The notes under the pieces are model-generated. The model was not told where the DNA came from. It did not search any database and worked only from the letters and a program-made list of their open reading frames with translations. This document shows, in pieces, positions 34,175 through 46,526 of a stretch of DNA of 64,000 nucleotides (position 1 is the first letter of the stretch; each line of letters starts with the position of its first letter). The DNA comes from Nemertoderma westbladi (Eukaryota > Animalia > Xenacoelomorpha), in NCBI GenBank assembly GCA_032718475.1, contig JAUCBJ010003847.1, positions 1 to 64,000 of the forward strand. The letters run 5' to 3'. Made by a program: the position numbers and the translations under genes.

Positions 34175-37100
34175 AGCGCTGCAACCCTGAACTAGTTGCC
34201 GCACATCGTTGGAGATTCCCGGCAATTATATCGCCTGCCGGGTTCGTCGCAACGTTTTCTCGATCCCTTGGTGGGATGCGTGAATCCGATTAAGGGTTGC
34301 TTTCCATGCTGCCTTGGGAATAATGAGACGGTGTCCATATAGGGCGAGGCCCTTGTCCATTGTAAGTTCGTTGCAGATGGACCAATATGGGCCGATTGCA
34401 AGGTTAGTGCGGGACTTGGCGGGGAATCCTGATTCTATTGCGTCGATAAGTTGTTTATAGTTAGGTTGTTTGGTTAGCGATTTCAAGTGTGGGTCGCTAG
34501 GGTGTGAGATCGACTGAGTGTCTGTGTGTTCCACAATCTTGGCGAGTTTCTATGACTGCATGCAGAAAGTGGGTCATCTCGCCATCGTCCGTGACATTGT
34601 CTGGGGTAGGGTCGTCGATGGGGGAGCGAGATAACGCGTTGGGGATTCAGTGATCCTTGCCCTTTCGCCATATCGTTTTAAATGAGTATGGTATAAGTTT
34701 AGACTTTAGTCATTGTAGCCTCGTATTGTCGGTGTCATTTATCGTATAGCGATCGATGATCATCACCAGTGGTTGGTGATCAATGACCAGGGTGTATGTG
34801 GGGAGGCCAAGCAAATATATTCGACATTTTTGGGTGGCCCAGACTGCGGCTAAGAGTTCGAGTTCGACCATCGCATATCGGGATTCAGTCGAGGAAACGA
34901 AATGTGAACCACATTCCACCAACTTCCAGTTGTCACTGTGTTTTTGGAGGAGAGCGTAGCCTAGCCCATTATTCCTGGAAGCGTCTGTTTGGAGAACTGT
35001 CTCCTTCATCGCATCGAAATGGGACAAGTACAGACAGAGAGAGCAGGATCTTCTTAGTATGTTCGAATGCGCGATCATGATCGTTGATCCAGTGATGTGG
35101 GTTCCTATGACTAAGGAGTTGGCGGAGTGGTGTTAGGGCCGACGCAATCTCGGTAGAGAATGGAGCGAACTGTTCAACAAGGCCAATAAAACTTCTCAGA
35201 TTGGTGAGAGTGGTTGGGTGAAGGAACTCTGTGATTGCCTTAACTTTGGCGGGGTCGGCTCAAATTCCGTCAGGTCCCAGAATGTATCCCCCAAATTTAA
35301 CATTCAGTTGGGCCAGCTGTACCTTGTCAGGATGGAGTTTAATGCTGCGTTCCCGGCACCGCTTCAGGAATTCTCTCACATCGTAGAGGTGTTTCTCTAA
35401 TCTATCACTATAGATTAAACAGTCGTCAACAATCTTGGATATGTTTTTTAGTCCGTGAATAGCGTCGTCTCCTCTGCGGTTGTATTCATCACCACTCGAG
35501 ATAAGTCCCATAGCACTCCTGCAATGGATATATCGGCCCCATGGTAGTGGGATCTGCCAGTAGCCGGATGATGCATCAAATACTGAAAAGTATTTGGCAG
35601 TATTCGATAATGTATCGCGGGTTGGGATCGGAATAGTAAGGACGCTTGACCTGGTTGTTTAAGTTCTGCAGGTCTATACAGAGCCGCAGCTTTCCGCTCA
35701 GTTTGCGTGTCACTGTGAATGGATGGGCCCATTCCATTGGCTCTGAAATCCAGGCGATCACTTCGCATTTCTCTAAATCAACTAAGAGCGATTTAACTTC
35801 ATCCCGTAAGGCGAAGGGAATTGGCCAGGCACTGTTTACATGGAATGGCGTTGCCCCTTCCTTTATCTCAATCTCAATATGCATTGCAGGGCCGTCCATC
35901 ACGCCAAGGGGCTGGGGCCTCGTCATCGAACACATCGTCGAATTCTTGCGGTTGCGATTGTGTATGGATGATACAGTTAATGGAAGTTGTTGTGGGAACT
36001 TCTTCGAGATTATTCCAAGGTCTTCGATTGTTTTTCGCGATAAAATCAATCCGTTAAGATTTTGGTAGTCGAAGAGCGCCCATGGTGCTCGATTTGTGCG
36101 GGGAATCGGCCAGAAATTTCGAGGTGAAGGCCATCTGCGGCCAACAAGTCGACGGTACAGCTGGGGGTAAGTAAGATCCCTTATCTTTCCGCCCTTTGAA
36201 GTGAACAGCTCGGTGCTCATTATAGTTGCAGCTGCGCCGCTGTCAGGGAGCGCATTGCGTACATTCCCGAGTTTATTTTGGGTTGTTGGATGATAAAGTT
36301 GAAGCTCGATATATCGGAGTTTGCATGTAGCGGGGGTTGTAGTCACGCAGTTTACACGTTTTCGGAAGATCAGCGTGTTTACTTTATGGTCTGACTTGCC
36401 CGATTTCTTCCAAGTTGATCGGCAAGACTTTCTCGAAGTGCCCGAGTTTATCGCACCCTTGACATTCAATGTCCTTTGCGGGGCAAAAAGTCTTTCCTGC
36501 GGCGTGGTTTCGGCCACAGTTTGAACATCCGCCCTCGTTACTGCGATCGGAGCTCTTCCCTCGAGGTTTATCCATCGGCATCACCCTACTGGCGGATTTC
36601 CCACATTTGTAAGTGGAAACTTTATTTACCAGTTTTCCACCGCCGATATCGACTGGTTGTGTTCACTGGCCTCCCAGCTCTGGCTGGTCCGCACACAATC
36701 ATTGAGATCTGGTTGAGGGATAATCTTTAGGAGTTCGGTTCTGAACTCGGAGGATTGGATCCTGACCAGTATCTTAGTAACGATCTTCCTATCATGGCAG
36801 TGGTGACATAACCGTGACATAATGTGACATAATGGTGACATAATTGTCCGCCAAATCCTCGAGATTTACGCGGAATGAATCAAAGGATTCATTTGGGCCC
36901 TGTGTCTGGTTGTGGAAACGAATTGCATCAACAGCGATACTGCTTCTTCCGGAGGTGTGCCTGAAGTGCGTTCAAAATCGAATCCATCGTTGTTTCCTGT
37001 GCATTGATGTCAACTTTCAGAGTGACAGTTAGGGTTTGGTGGAGTTCGCTTCCGAGCGCCGAAACAAGATCGTAAACTTGTTCCTGTAAAGAGTAGCTGT

Positions 37101-37636
37101 TGGCCTGTTGGCGGAATGCGTGGATTGTCCAGGCCTTCCTCCATCGCTGGAATGTACCGAAATCGACATCGTTATCGATTTTCTCGAGGCCCGTTATATC
37201 TATGGGTTGTCGTCATGAGTCCATCTGAGCGTATGATAGATCAGTCAGAATCTGGGATGCAGGTGGAGGAGGGGGGTCGACAACCGGGGTTGTGGGCATT
37301 CCTTGCCCTTGGAACGATGTGATTATGCAAGCCAGCTCCGCATTGGGCTTCCAATTCGGTACATTCTGTAACTCTTTCTGCTGCTCGTTCGGCTCGTTGG
37401 GCAGTCAGCACTGCCAGGAGTCGATTGCCAGCATCTGCGCGTTGCGCGTCCAGGACTGCTTTGATATCGGCCAGGGAGAGGGACTGCGCGGTAGCAGGAT
37501 CCGTGAGATCGCTGTGGATCTCGTCGTCGCTTGTTGAGGGCGATGTGGGTGGAGGTTTGTTATCCGTTGTAGGCGATGCTGAAGCGGAAGGACGTTTACC
37601 TTTCTGGTAGTCCTTCTTCTTCTTCTTTTGTGCCAT
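34175..37636 (-). pseudogene. gag-pol: Gypsy gag-pol (gag, PR, RT, RNase H, IN zinc finger), many lesions
   Basis: Fragments at 37241, 36384, 35576, 35260, 34710 and 34226 carry the motifs in canonical Gypsy order. Confidence 0.9.
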
Positions 37637-37665
37637 CGTCTAGGTTCGTTTATTTCACTGCACCA

Positions 37666-38406
37666 TGTGCTAAGGTCGTGGGGACCATTATATTAATAAT
37701 ATATAATACCAAATATTCAATAATAATCAGTCAGGCTGATGTATTATGGCTGTGACGGGATCAGAGATCCCGACCGGGTAGATTGTTATACGCGTCACCG
37801 TAGGCTTTGAGATGGTACTAATAGCTTGGCCGAGGCCGTTGGAAAAAAGCGATCAGAGTTTGATGTTGTTTCTGGATGTTATAATATATGACAGCACAAT
37901 TAATATGGCAGAGATAATAGTATATGATTGATACCGGTAATAGTATATGATGACAGCCGATGACGATGACGGTGAACAATTGTTACCGGTCTGCACTAAA
38001 ACTGAGTAACTAACTACCTGATGTACCAATCCAAGAATCTGACATAATATATGACTACACTAATATTGCTTCACCTCCTACTCTACCTTGGCCTGCTACC
38101 TAATGGATGCTCTACTGTGCCCTATCGCGTGCTTCCCTCCCCCCTATTGGCTAATATGCTACTTCTCACCCTGGCACCATCCCACCATCCCATTTTCTGG
38201 TGGGTAATGAAAATGAAGTGGAATTGAATCCGCTTACAATGGCCAGTACATTATATAAAGATATTTCAGTCTATATCATGACAGTAGTGTCATGTAGGCC
38301 TATATATTTGATACCGAAATTAAAGTGAAAGTAAGTACTGTTTCGACCTATGACAGTATCTCGGTAATAATGTCCCTAGATGGGGCGAGCCACAAGGGAG
38401 GGGAGT
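37666..38406 (-). repeat. Gypsy 5' LTR interrupted by a BEL solo LTR
   Basis: On the minus strand it ends ...GCACA directly before the PBS TGG. The outermost 13 bp seen in the 3' LTR are missing. Confidence 0.75.
37751..38238 (-). mobile_element. BEL/Pao solo LTR (488 bp, internally deleted)
   Basis: Reverse complement of the 9562-10219 family (TGTAAGCGG...CCCGTCACA); TSD ATGGC at 37746-37750 and 38239-38243. Confidence 0.92.
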
Positions 38407-39779
38407 AAAGAAAAAACACTAGCTAACTTAATTAATAATATCTTGTAATGTTCACGAACACTTAACCAATAACAAATATAAAAAAAATACCGTATTTTTA
38501 AAATTTTCAAAAATACTAGCTATTAAAAATAACACTAGCTACCATAAAAAAATATATCTACTAATGTTCTAGAACATTCACCAATATCAAAAAATCATTA
38601 AAATCACAAAAAGTGACGGATAAAAAAATGGCAGGGGTGACGACTTGACGAAGTAGCACCTAATTTTTGGCTAGAGTTCCGTATAGCACTACAATTTTAA
38701 AACATATATAATTGTTACTATGGTAACGTTGAAGAGTTCTAGAACAATAGAAAATAATTATTTACTATTCTGGAACATAATAAATAAAATAAAAAATATA
38801 ATGTTCTAGAACATATAGCTTTTTTTTTTAATTTTAAAATAGCTAGTAAATTAAAAAAAATTATTTTTAAATAAATTTCTGAATACATTTAAATTAATAT
38901 TAATTTATAGTGTTTTTGTATACCAATGTAACTAATTAGTTTATTTATGCATTGGGTATTTATTGACTTTGGTTGGCCTTTAATATATCATGGAATCCGT
39001 TTAAATTTTCCATTTCTAATCTGTTGCCGCCATATGTACACCATGTCCTGGAATATAGTGTCATATTCAGGTACCTGCCCACCCCCCCCCCCCCCCCCCT
39101 AATTTTTCTACAAATCGTAATGAGATTGCATGAAATTTGAAACAAGGATAGTTTCACCTCCCTCCTCCTTGCTGGGTGAGCCAGAATTTTTATTTCTGCT
39201 TTCATTCTTTAGCTACGAAGTGTTTAAAAAAAAGTGTCTCCATCGGTACTAGTTCAGTATGCGTACAGACCCCACCAAATGTTTTATACTAATTAGTTTT
39301 CGATAATTTCTTGTTTTGAAATGCTCTAGAACATGTTAGCTATTTGTTTATAAAAAATAAAGTTCTAGAAAAGAAATCATATTTTATTTTGGAACATCTT
39401 TTTAGAAAAACAAGGTTTGTATTAAAATCTTATGAGTTCGTTATATCAACAGTATTTAGCATTTTAATGATTCTCTGGAAACACTATTCTCTTATATAAA
39501 ATCTAGCTAGTCCTTGTGCCACTTTGCGCGCAGAAAACTTTCTGGGGCACTAGTAGCATAGGCCCTATTTGTCTCAAATTTGTACCGGTATGTATTGGGT
39601 ACCAACTGTTTGACATTTTTTTTCATATGAAAATGGCTTAAATTTTTAATTGAAAAGTAGGTAATAAAAATTGGTTTTAAATGTTATTTTAAAAACAGTA
39701 GTTACCTTAAAAAACACTTGCTTCAATAAAAAAATATCAAAAGATAAAACAAGATTAATGTAGGAATCAAATTATAATA

Positions 39780-40339
39780 CACCATGAACCGTGATATAGT
39801 GTCATTTTCTGATGACACGGACGCCCCCCCCCCCCCCCCCCCCAGATTTTTCTACAAATCTTTATCATATTGCTTGACATTTAAAACACCACTAGTTCCA
39901 CTCACCGTCGTTGACCCCATGAAGCTGGAATTTTCGTCTGCTTCTTTAAATTTTTTTATTAAGCGTTTTAAAAAAGTGTATTTTGGAAATCGCACCATCC
40001 TTATCGTGGCCATTCTCCACATTACACGTAATTTCTTCATATCATTAGAAAGCTTGCGTTGCAAGGATTCGAAATATGTAACAATATCTGAATTTCGTTG
40101 AGAAACAGCTGAGATATCGGCGTTCAAAGATTGTAAGAATTATCGTTCGCTGAAAGCCATTTGTAAAAGACACTTTTTTAAAACACTTAAAAAAACTTTT
40201 CAAGGTAAAATCGAAAATTCCCGCTTCATAAGGACATCGACGGTGAGCTGAACTAGTTTCAAATTGAATGAGATAAATTGATAAAGTGATAAATGTTTTC
40301 TTGTCGTCAGAATATGACACTATATTACGGGTCATGGTG
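39780..40339. mobile_element. Palindromic MITE (TA-flanked); related partial copy at ~39037-39240
   Basis: TA-caccatgaaccgtgatatagtgtcat...atgacactatattacgggtcatggtg-TA; arms stay complementary over ~200 bp. Confidence 0.7.
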
Positions 40340-40559
40340 TATAATATAAGATTTCTGATTCACCACACTTTTTTCCAAGAGATGGTGTCGTCTATCTTAA
40401 GGACCTCGCTACAATTTTGATCCTGGATATTAGATTGTCCAGTAGTTTTCTTGCATATTATCATTTTGTTTAACGATTGTACTGTAGGTTACTTTGGCTT
40501 GTGTCAACTAAAATATCCATAGCTTAGCTACTGAAACTGCCGCGATTTCTGCATTGTTC

Positions 40560-42176
40560 ATGTTACAACCACAGCCGAGTAATACCGCACCGATAACAGT
40601 AGAACAAGGTCATAGCAGTAGATATCCGACACAAATGGAGGAGAAAAACCATATTAATTTAACTCCTCCAAAGGAGCGGAAAAAACACCTAAGAAGCCCA
40701 CTTAGACCACGCAGACCTATCGCGCAAAGAAGACAACTAGATAGGATATTCATGAAGTATGATAAGGTAGAAATTAATGAGGATATATCGGAAAGCGCTA
40801 ACCATGGTGGGACTAGGCAACTATTCAATATGGATGATATAGTCTCTTGGGATGAAGAAAGAGCTACAAGATATATTTCCAAGGATGTAATCGGATGGGT
40901 TATACAAAGCACCCCATTTAGAGTTGTGATTGTTTTACTAATTATAGTGAATTCAATCATGATTGGAATTCAGACAATGGAAACTCTCATGCGTGAATAC
41001 GAAAGTTTCTTTGCTGCATTTGACATATCGTTAACCACGATATTTGTTGGAGAAATATTGTTAAAATGGAGGTATAATTTCTTCTTGTATTGGAAGAGTG
41101 GATGGAATTTTCTGGACGTTATACTCATTGGAGCAGTCCTTATAGAAGGTAACCTAAAGTTTTTAGTGAGTGGTCGTGTGTTAAGGATACTTAGAGTCCT
41201 TAGGGCATTGAGAACCTTCCGTGGTACCCAGTTATTTTTTGGATTATCCACTCTGATGGAAACTATCCTCTACTCTCTTCCAGACATGGCTAATATCGCT
41301 ATGCTTCTGTTAATTGTTATGATGATGTTTTCCGTAATAGGCTCCATTCTATTTGGGTCTGAATATCCTGAATATTTTGGTAATTTTGCAAATGCGTTGT
41401 TTACAAACTTTATCTGCGTCACTCAGGATGGATGGGTTGAAATATACCGAAAAAAGATGATCTTGAGCGATATATCAACCTACGCGGCAATATATTTTAT
41501 GTTATCAATTATAATTGGAGCTTTTGTTTTTGCGAATATAATTATCGCTGTGGTTGTAACTAATTTAGATAAATCAATTCGAGGAAAAGAAGAGGCCCCG
41601 GATGCCATAAAAGACAAAATTAAAAAGCTCGCATTCACCAACAGAATAGGCTGGTCTGAGCTTGAAAGTAAAATTCCAATGGTTCACCCGAATGTGTCAA
41701 TGTCTAGTTACAATGTGTTCAAACAAAAACCATTGGAACTTATCGATTTCTCCAGAGTACATCCATATAGACTGGAAACATATTTTCTTATAATTCTTGC
41801 TTTGGAAGAAAATCTCAAACAATATCGGATACTTCGTGAAAGACTCCAAAGGGTTGTTGAAAAACAAAACGAATACAGTCACAATTTACAAATGAAAAGG
41901 AAAGAGACTGTCTTGGAACCAAAATCAAAACTTCGGCGATCAACATCTATTGATTACGAGCTTATGGGCGAATTAACGCGCAGAGGAGATATAGTTTCTG
42001 GAATCGTTGAGATGGATAAACGGAACATGTTGGAGAAAGATGATGGACGTGGTGGTATCATTGAATTAGTGCGACCTCAAACCCAGAAACAAACTGCTGC
42101 TGCTAAAAATCTAGTGAGGAAAGGATCGTTGACCACATTGTATGGAGTCCAAGGTCGACAGAGAGACAATAAATAA
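40560..42176 (+). CDS. CATSPER4: CatSper4-like sperm cation channel alpha subunit, intronless (paralogue A)
   Basis: Single 6-TM domain: S4 GRVLRILRVLRALRTFR, YWKSGWNFLD, pore CVTQDGW (TQDGW is the CatSper4 filter), S6 FVFANIIIAVVVTNL, coiled coil ALEENL. Confidence 0.88.
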   Translation: MLQPQPSNTAPITVEQGHSSRYPTQMEEKNHINLTPPKERKKHLRSPLRPRRPIAQRRQLDRIFMKYDKVEINEDISESANHGGTRQLFNMDDIVSWDEERATRYISKDVIGWVIQSTPFRVVIVLLIIVNSIMIGIQTMETLMREYESFFAAFDISLTTIFVGEILLKWRYNFFLYWKSGWNFLDVILIGAVLIEGNLKFLVSGRVLRILRVLRALRTFRGTQLFFGLSTLMETILYSLPDMANIAMLLLIVMMMFSVIGSILFGSEYPEYFGNFANALFTNFICVTQDGWVEIYRKKMILSDISTYAAIYFMLSIIIGAFVFANIIIAVVVTNLDKSIRGKEEAPDAIKDKIKKLAFTNRIGWSELESKIPMVHPNVSMSSYNVFKQKPLELIDFSRVHPYRLETYFLIILALEENLKQYRILRERLQRVVEKQNEYSHNLQMKRKETVLEPKSKLRRSTSIDYELMGELTRRGDIVSGIVEMDKRNMLEKDDGRGGIIELVRPQTQKQTAAAKNLVRKGSLTTLYGVQGRQRDNK

Positions 42177-42618
42177 TATTACCAAAATTATTAACAGATT
42201 TAATATTTACTGTACTAATTTAATATATTGCAGTACTTTTTAAACAAATTTTCCTATATAATTATATCGTAAAGTCTATGATGAGTGAATGAAGTTCCTT
42301 GTTAGCGATTTGTGCATTGAAATTAGAGAAGGGGAGGGGGGCTGATTTGATGCAAATCCCATCTCGGATCGCGAATTACTATTTTGCCTCAATGTTAAGT
42401 TATCAAATATGGGAAAGGAACAGGTTACAGTGGCACTTTAATCTAACGAAGGCAATAAACGAAAGTCAATATAACATATTTTTTGGACTAATTGGATGTT
42501 ATTGTCTACCATTTGCGTCGATTTTCCCCTTGTATGGGATGAATTTTGATTGCGTCGAAAGTTCCCAGTTTATGTGAACTTGACACACCAGGCAGTTAGA
42601 GCCCATTAGGGCTCCCAT

Positions 42619-43765
42619 TGTCCGGGGGGGGGGGGCACTCCCCCCCCCCCCCCCGGACACTTCCCCTCGGACACTTCCCCCCCAGTTAATGTGTTAAAAT
42701 TAATATGGGTGTATCAAAGCAATAAACAAAAGTTAATGATGGTTACAGGACTAATGTATCCAGACACGTTTTTTCAAAATTATAAAAGAAACATTTTTAT
42801 AGTCAAATTTTGTTTCTTTTTCTTTTAATTGGGGGCTGCTGCCCCCAAACCCCCGCTTCTTAGGTTGGGGGCTGCCGCCCCCAAACCCCGCTTCTTTTGT
42901 TGGAGGCTGCCGCCACCAAGCCCCCGCTTCTTTTCTGTGGGGCTCTCGCCACCAAACCTCGGCATTTCCCTGTTTCCCCGTGGTGAAAGACTTTAAGACC
43001 ATTTTGAAATAATTAAGTCATGTTTGTATCATCAGATAATAAATTGACTAAGCCTAAAGTAGGAGCTGTATTAAATGTTAACAAAATTAATATATAAATT
43101 ACTACAATATTATATAATTCAACAAAATCCTATTGAAAATATTGCAAGTAACCAGGAAATTTAATTAATTTATCAATATGTAATGCTGAACACAGAATAC
43201 AGGTCGACGCATGTCGATTTTACCCTGGAGAGGTATAATTTTGATTGCAACAATAATATTCATCCCCATCTGCTACAATTTGAAGAAGACTATTACATAA
43301 TAATACCTATAATTAAAACAATGAATTATTATAATTCTATAGTTAATAAAAACACTATACCATTCGGGGGATGGAATTTATATGTCGTCTAATTAATTGT
43401 TTAAAGATGGATGTAATTGCATTGATAAAATCCATAAATAAAACTTGGATATAAAATGTAAAATCGGGATGCAAAAGATCACTTTCTGAGCTAAGAAAGG
43501 AAAATTGGATACAACTTGTCTGGATACAAGCGGAAGCGGTCCTTTTACCTTACAAAATGAAAAATAAGAATGTGGGAAGTTAAGAACAGTCGGGGGGGGA
43601 AGTGTCCGGGGGGGAAGTGTCTGGGGTGGGGGGAGTGTCCGGGGGGGGGGGGGGGAAGTGTCCTACTTGAACGGGGGGGGGGGGAAGTGTCCTACTTGAA
43701 CGGGGGGGGGGGGGGGGGGAAGTGTCCTACTTGAACGGGGGGGGGGGGGGGGAACTGTCCGGACT
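42619..43765. mobile_element. Probable non-autonomous TIR element with G/C-rich subterminal repeats
   Basis: ccggacacttcccc repeats (42653-42683) are mirrored by ggggaagtgtccgg (43592-43645). Tandem gggaagtgtcctacttgaac x3 and gggggctgccgccccaaacccc x4 occur inside. Confidence 0.45.
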
Positions 43766-45950
43766 ACTGAACAGACTACTGGCTTTACTGCTTTCTAAAT
43801 AATCGGACATTAAGATACGATTTTATTCTACGGGACTTTCAAAACCTGGACCGAAAGTTCAAACTGCCTTGTCTGAAACTTACGTATGCTAAGGTCATCT
43901 TGACTTCCGGTTTCATGATCGCAATTTGGCAGAAATTATCCACATGCTCAAGCTTAGAGCTTATAGATCTTTTGGATTATATGTTCATACGATCGGTTAT
44001 ATCAGTCGAAGTGAACTGTCGAAATTTTGAAATTCTCTAGAAAGACTAACACTAGCGTCAATTTGTGCAGTACCTACCCCCCATCTTTATTATGGTGATC
44101 ATCGGAGGACATGCCTGACTGCTGTAATATTTTCTTCAGGAATCCTATATGCTGAAATTATATAGAGCATACGAGATCGTGAGAATCCAACAAAGACACA
44201 AACCAGATATATGTCTTTACACCAACTTATTCGATATCATTGCATGGTTGTAATAAATTTTGCGCGCCTCTGTAGGCAACATATAAAATTATACACTCCC
44301 TCAAGAATTCAATTTAAGAATATGAAATAATAATTACACATTATTCCCTATCCCTTTCCACCGTAATATTTCATCGCCATCACAAATATTTGACGGCCTC
44401 CTTCCAACCAATATCACGGACACTTCCATTCAAAGTCACCTTTCCACCCTTATTCACCTACCAAGAATATTGACAGCTTGATTTCTCTGTAAGCCGCTCT
44501 CACCCAATAAGGGAATGCCCTGTAAAACTTCACTCCCTTCCTTGCATTGGAGCCTCCTCTCTGCTATGCAGAGATCCCTTGTTCCCCACGCGTCCCATTA
44601 TACTTAAACCATTGTCTTAACAAGGGAATATTTGTAACTAACAAGAACTCTACTTGAATTATTATCGTTAGTAATCAGTTATTGACCAGTTTAACAGACT
44701 AATATAAATTATGATTAACATGCATTCAACGTAAAAATCACTGCCGAGAAAGATAACTTCAATATGGGTGATAATTAGGGGTCAACTTCACATTGACCCC
44801 TTACCGGGTTTAAAAGGGCCCACATTTGGGTGGAAAAGTCAGTCAGTAACAAGCAGCTTTAGTAGATGGTTGTCTCATCAGCTAATCTAGGCTCTGTTCT
44901 TCGGTATCGGACCTACTTTGATCAATTATCACTGTTCAACTGGCAGTCGGGGTTCATGGTGTTTGGGCTCGTAGGTAAGGTTCCAGCTGAGGACTTTGCT
45001 TTGGTCAAACAGCCCCAGGGCGCTAGCGCACTCTGTCCCCGCTGGCTGCTTGTTTCGTCCCTGGACCACTCTGTCCGCTGACATTTCATGTATTTTTAGC
45101 ATAACGAAACGACTCAAAATTCTGTATTATTTTCTTCCATTTTTGGGTTACAATTAGTTGGATTGTATTATTTTTGAGACTATACTTTGGATCCCAACGG
45201 ACCCAAAGCACCCCCCACCCGGTTTCTCTTTTTCTCTCTTCCCAGAGGTTTTTCTATGGTGTTACGTACATGTACACTATTTTTATATGCAAGAAGGAAG
45301 CAATATAACATCTTGGAAAGAACAGAAATCACTGTGATTTTGCACTATCTATGAAGGGTTGTGGTTGTCCGTAAATAACAAGTGATTGAATGACCGTGGG
45401 AAATATTTTCATGACAGTATGGATAGCCAGAAACCAAAACAATAAGGCAAAAAGAAACACTTTTTGGACTAAACCGTTTTAGGAGCTTAATGTGCCAGAG
45501 GCATGTGAAATCCATTACAGTAATAAACTTGCACTGCGCCTAAACGCCGCGTGAAGAAAAAGGGTTTATTACCATTATGGTGATAAACTTATTTCACTTC
45601 CCGCCAGAAGTGATTTTCTTTTATTGTTTGGTTTTCGCGGCCAAGTGTAGGGACCTACGTGTAGGGACCTACCAAAGGGGACCTACCCTGAGAGGCCTAC
45701 ACTACCGGTGCACGGTACTAAATTATTTTCAAAAATTTGAATAACTGCAATAGGCTCGTGGCAGCCCCCACGGTCATGGGTGGCGCTTGCTGAAAAGGTT
45801 ATTTAAATATCAAGTGCAAAACACTCGGTTACACAGTCCGAGAGTAATTTCATAGGCAGAAAATTACGATTGACTACGAATCTGCATTAGAGGAAAGAGA
45901 CTAGACACATCTACCGACGGAAGAAGTCTTTGGGGACTGTACAACCCCAT

Positions 45951-46526
45951 TGTTACTAAAAACCGGAAGTCTGCGTCAGCTCGCACCCACTCACATGAGG
46001 TCCGCTACCTCTATTGGAAGGAAACGGTTGGTGTGACTAAAATCAGTACCCGTTAGACCCAGAGATAATACTGGTATAAATACCTAGCCCTGTATTGCCA
46101 CCCCTATTCCACGTAGGCCCCTTTGTGTTTCTTTGTTTTTTTAAGATTATTTGTTATTTGTTTGTATTGTTTTGTAGACGAACCAGATACTTAAGGGTAA
46201 AAGCTATGTTTGTAACTCGTCCCTTGGGGTAAAAGTGTACATTTTACCTAACTATATGTGGATTGGTACGTTATTAGAGTAAGCGTTGCGTTCACGAGAG
46301 CAAAGTGTCTGTCTTAAGTGGATCCGTTGGTGTGATAGTTAACAGGACTTACTATTAGTGTTGCTCTATAGACCTCTGTCTCTTCCTTTGTGTGGCCGTA
46401 TGAAGTAAGTAATTTGCGTTTTGACGGTGTCCCATAAACCACAAGCTCAAATCTTATACATCCGTGTATTGTTATGTGTTGTTCCTAACCAAGTTGGTGC
46501 CAGTTCCCAAGAAGGGCAACCTAACA
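45951..46526. repeat. Putative LTR (TGTTA...TAACA)
   Basis: Canonical LTR termini and TATAAATA at ~46076, but no TSD; abuts the RTE fragment. Confidence 0.4.

Larger units (their letters stand above)
14938..38406 (-). mobile_element. Decayed Ty3/Gypsy (Mag-like) LTR retrotransposon hosting the Polinton and a BEL solo LTR
   Basis: LTR homology 14938-15061 versus 38283-38406; PPT AGAAGGGGGA then TG at 15074; PBS-like TGGTGCAGTG at 37665-37656; gag knuckles CSNCGRNH...CPA...CQGCDKLGHF; PR LPDSGA; RT RLCIDL and KIVDDCLI; RNase H LQTDAS and ELELLA; IN SDGGTQF and SNGHAES. Confidence 0.92.

Noticed and set aside
44488-44824. Possible solo LTR (TGTAAG...CACA)
   Set aside because: No TSD and no second copy in the window.
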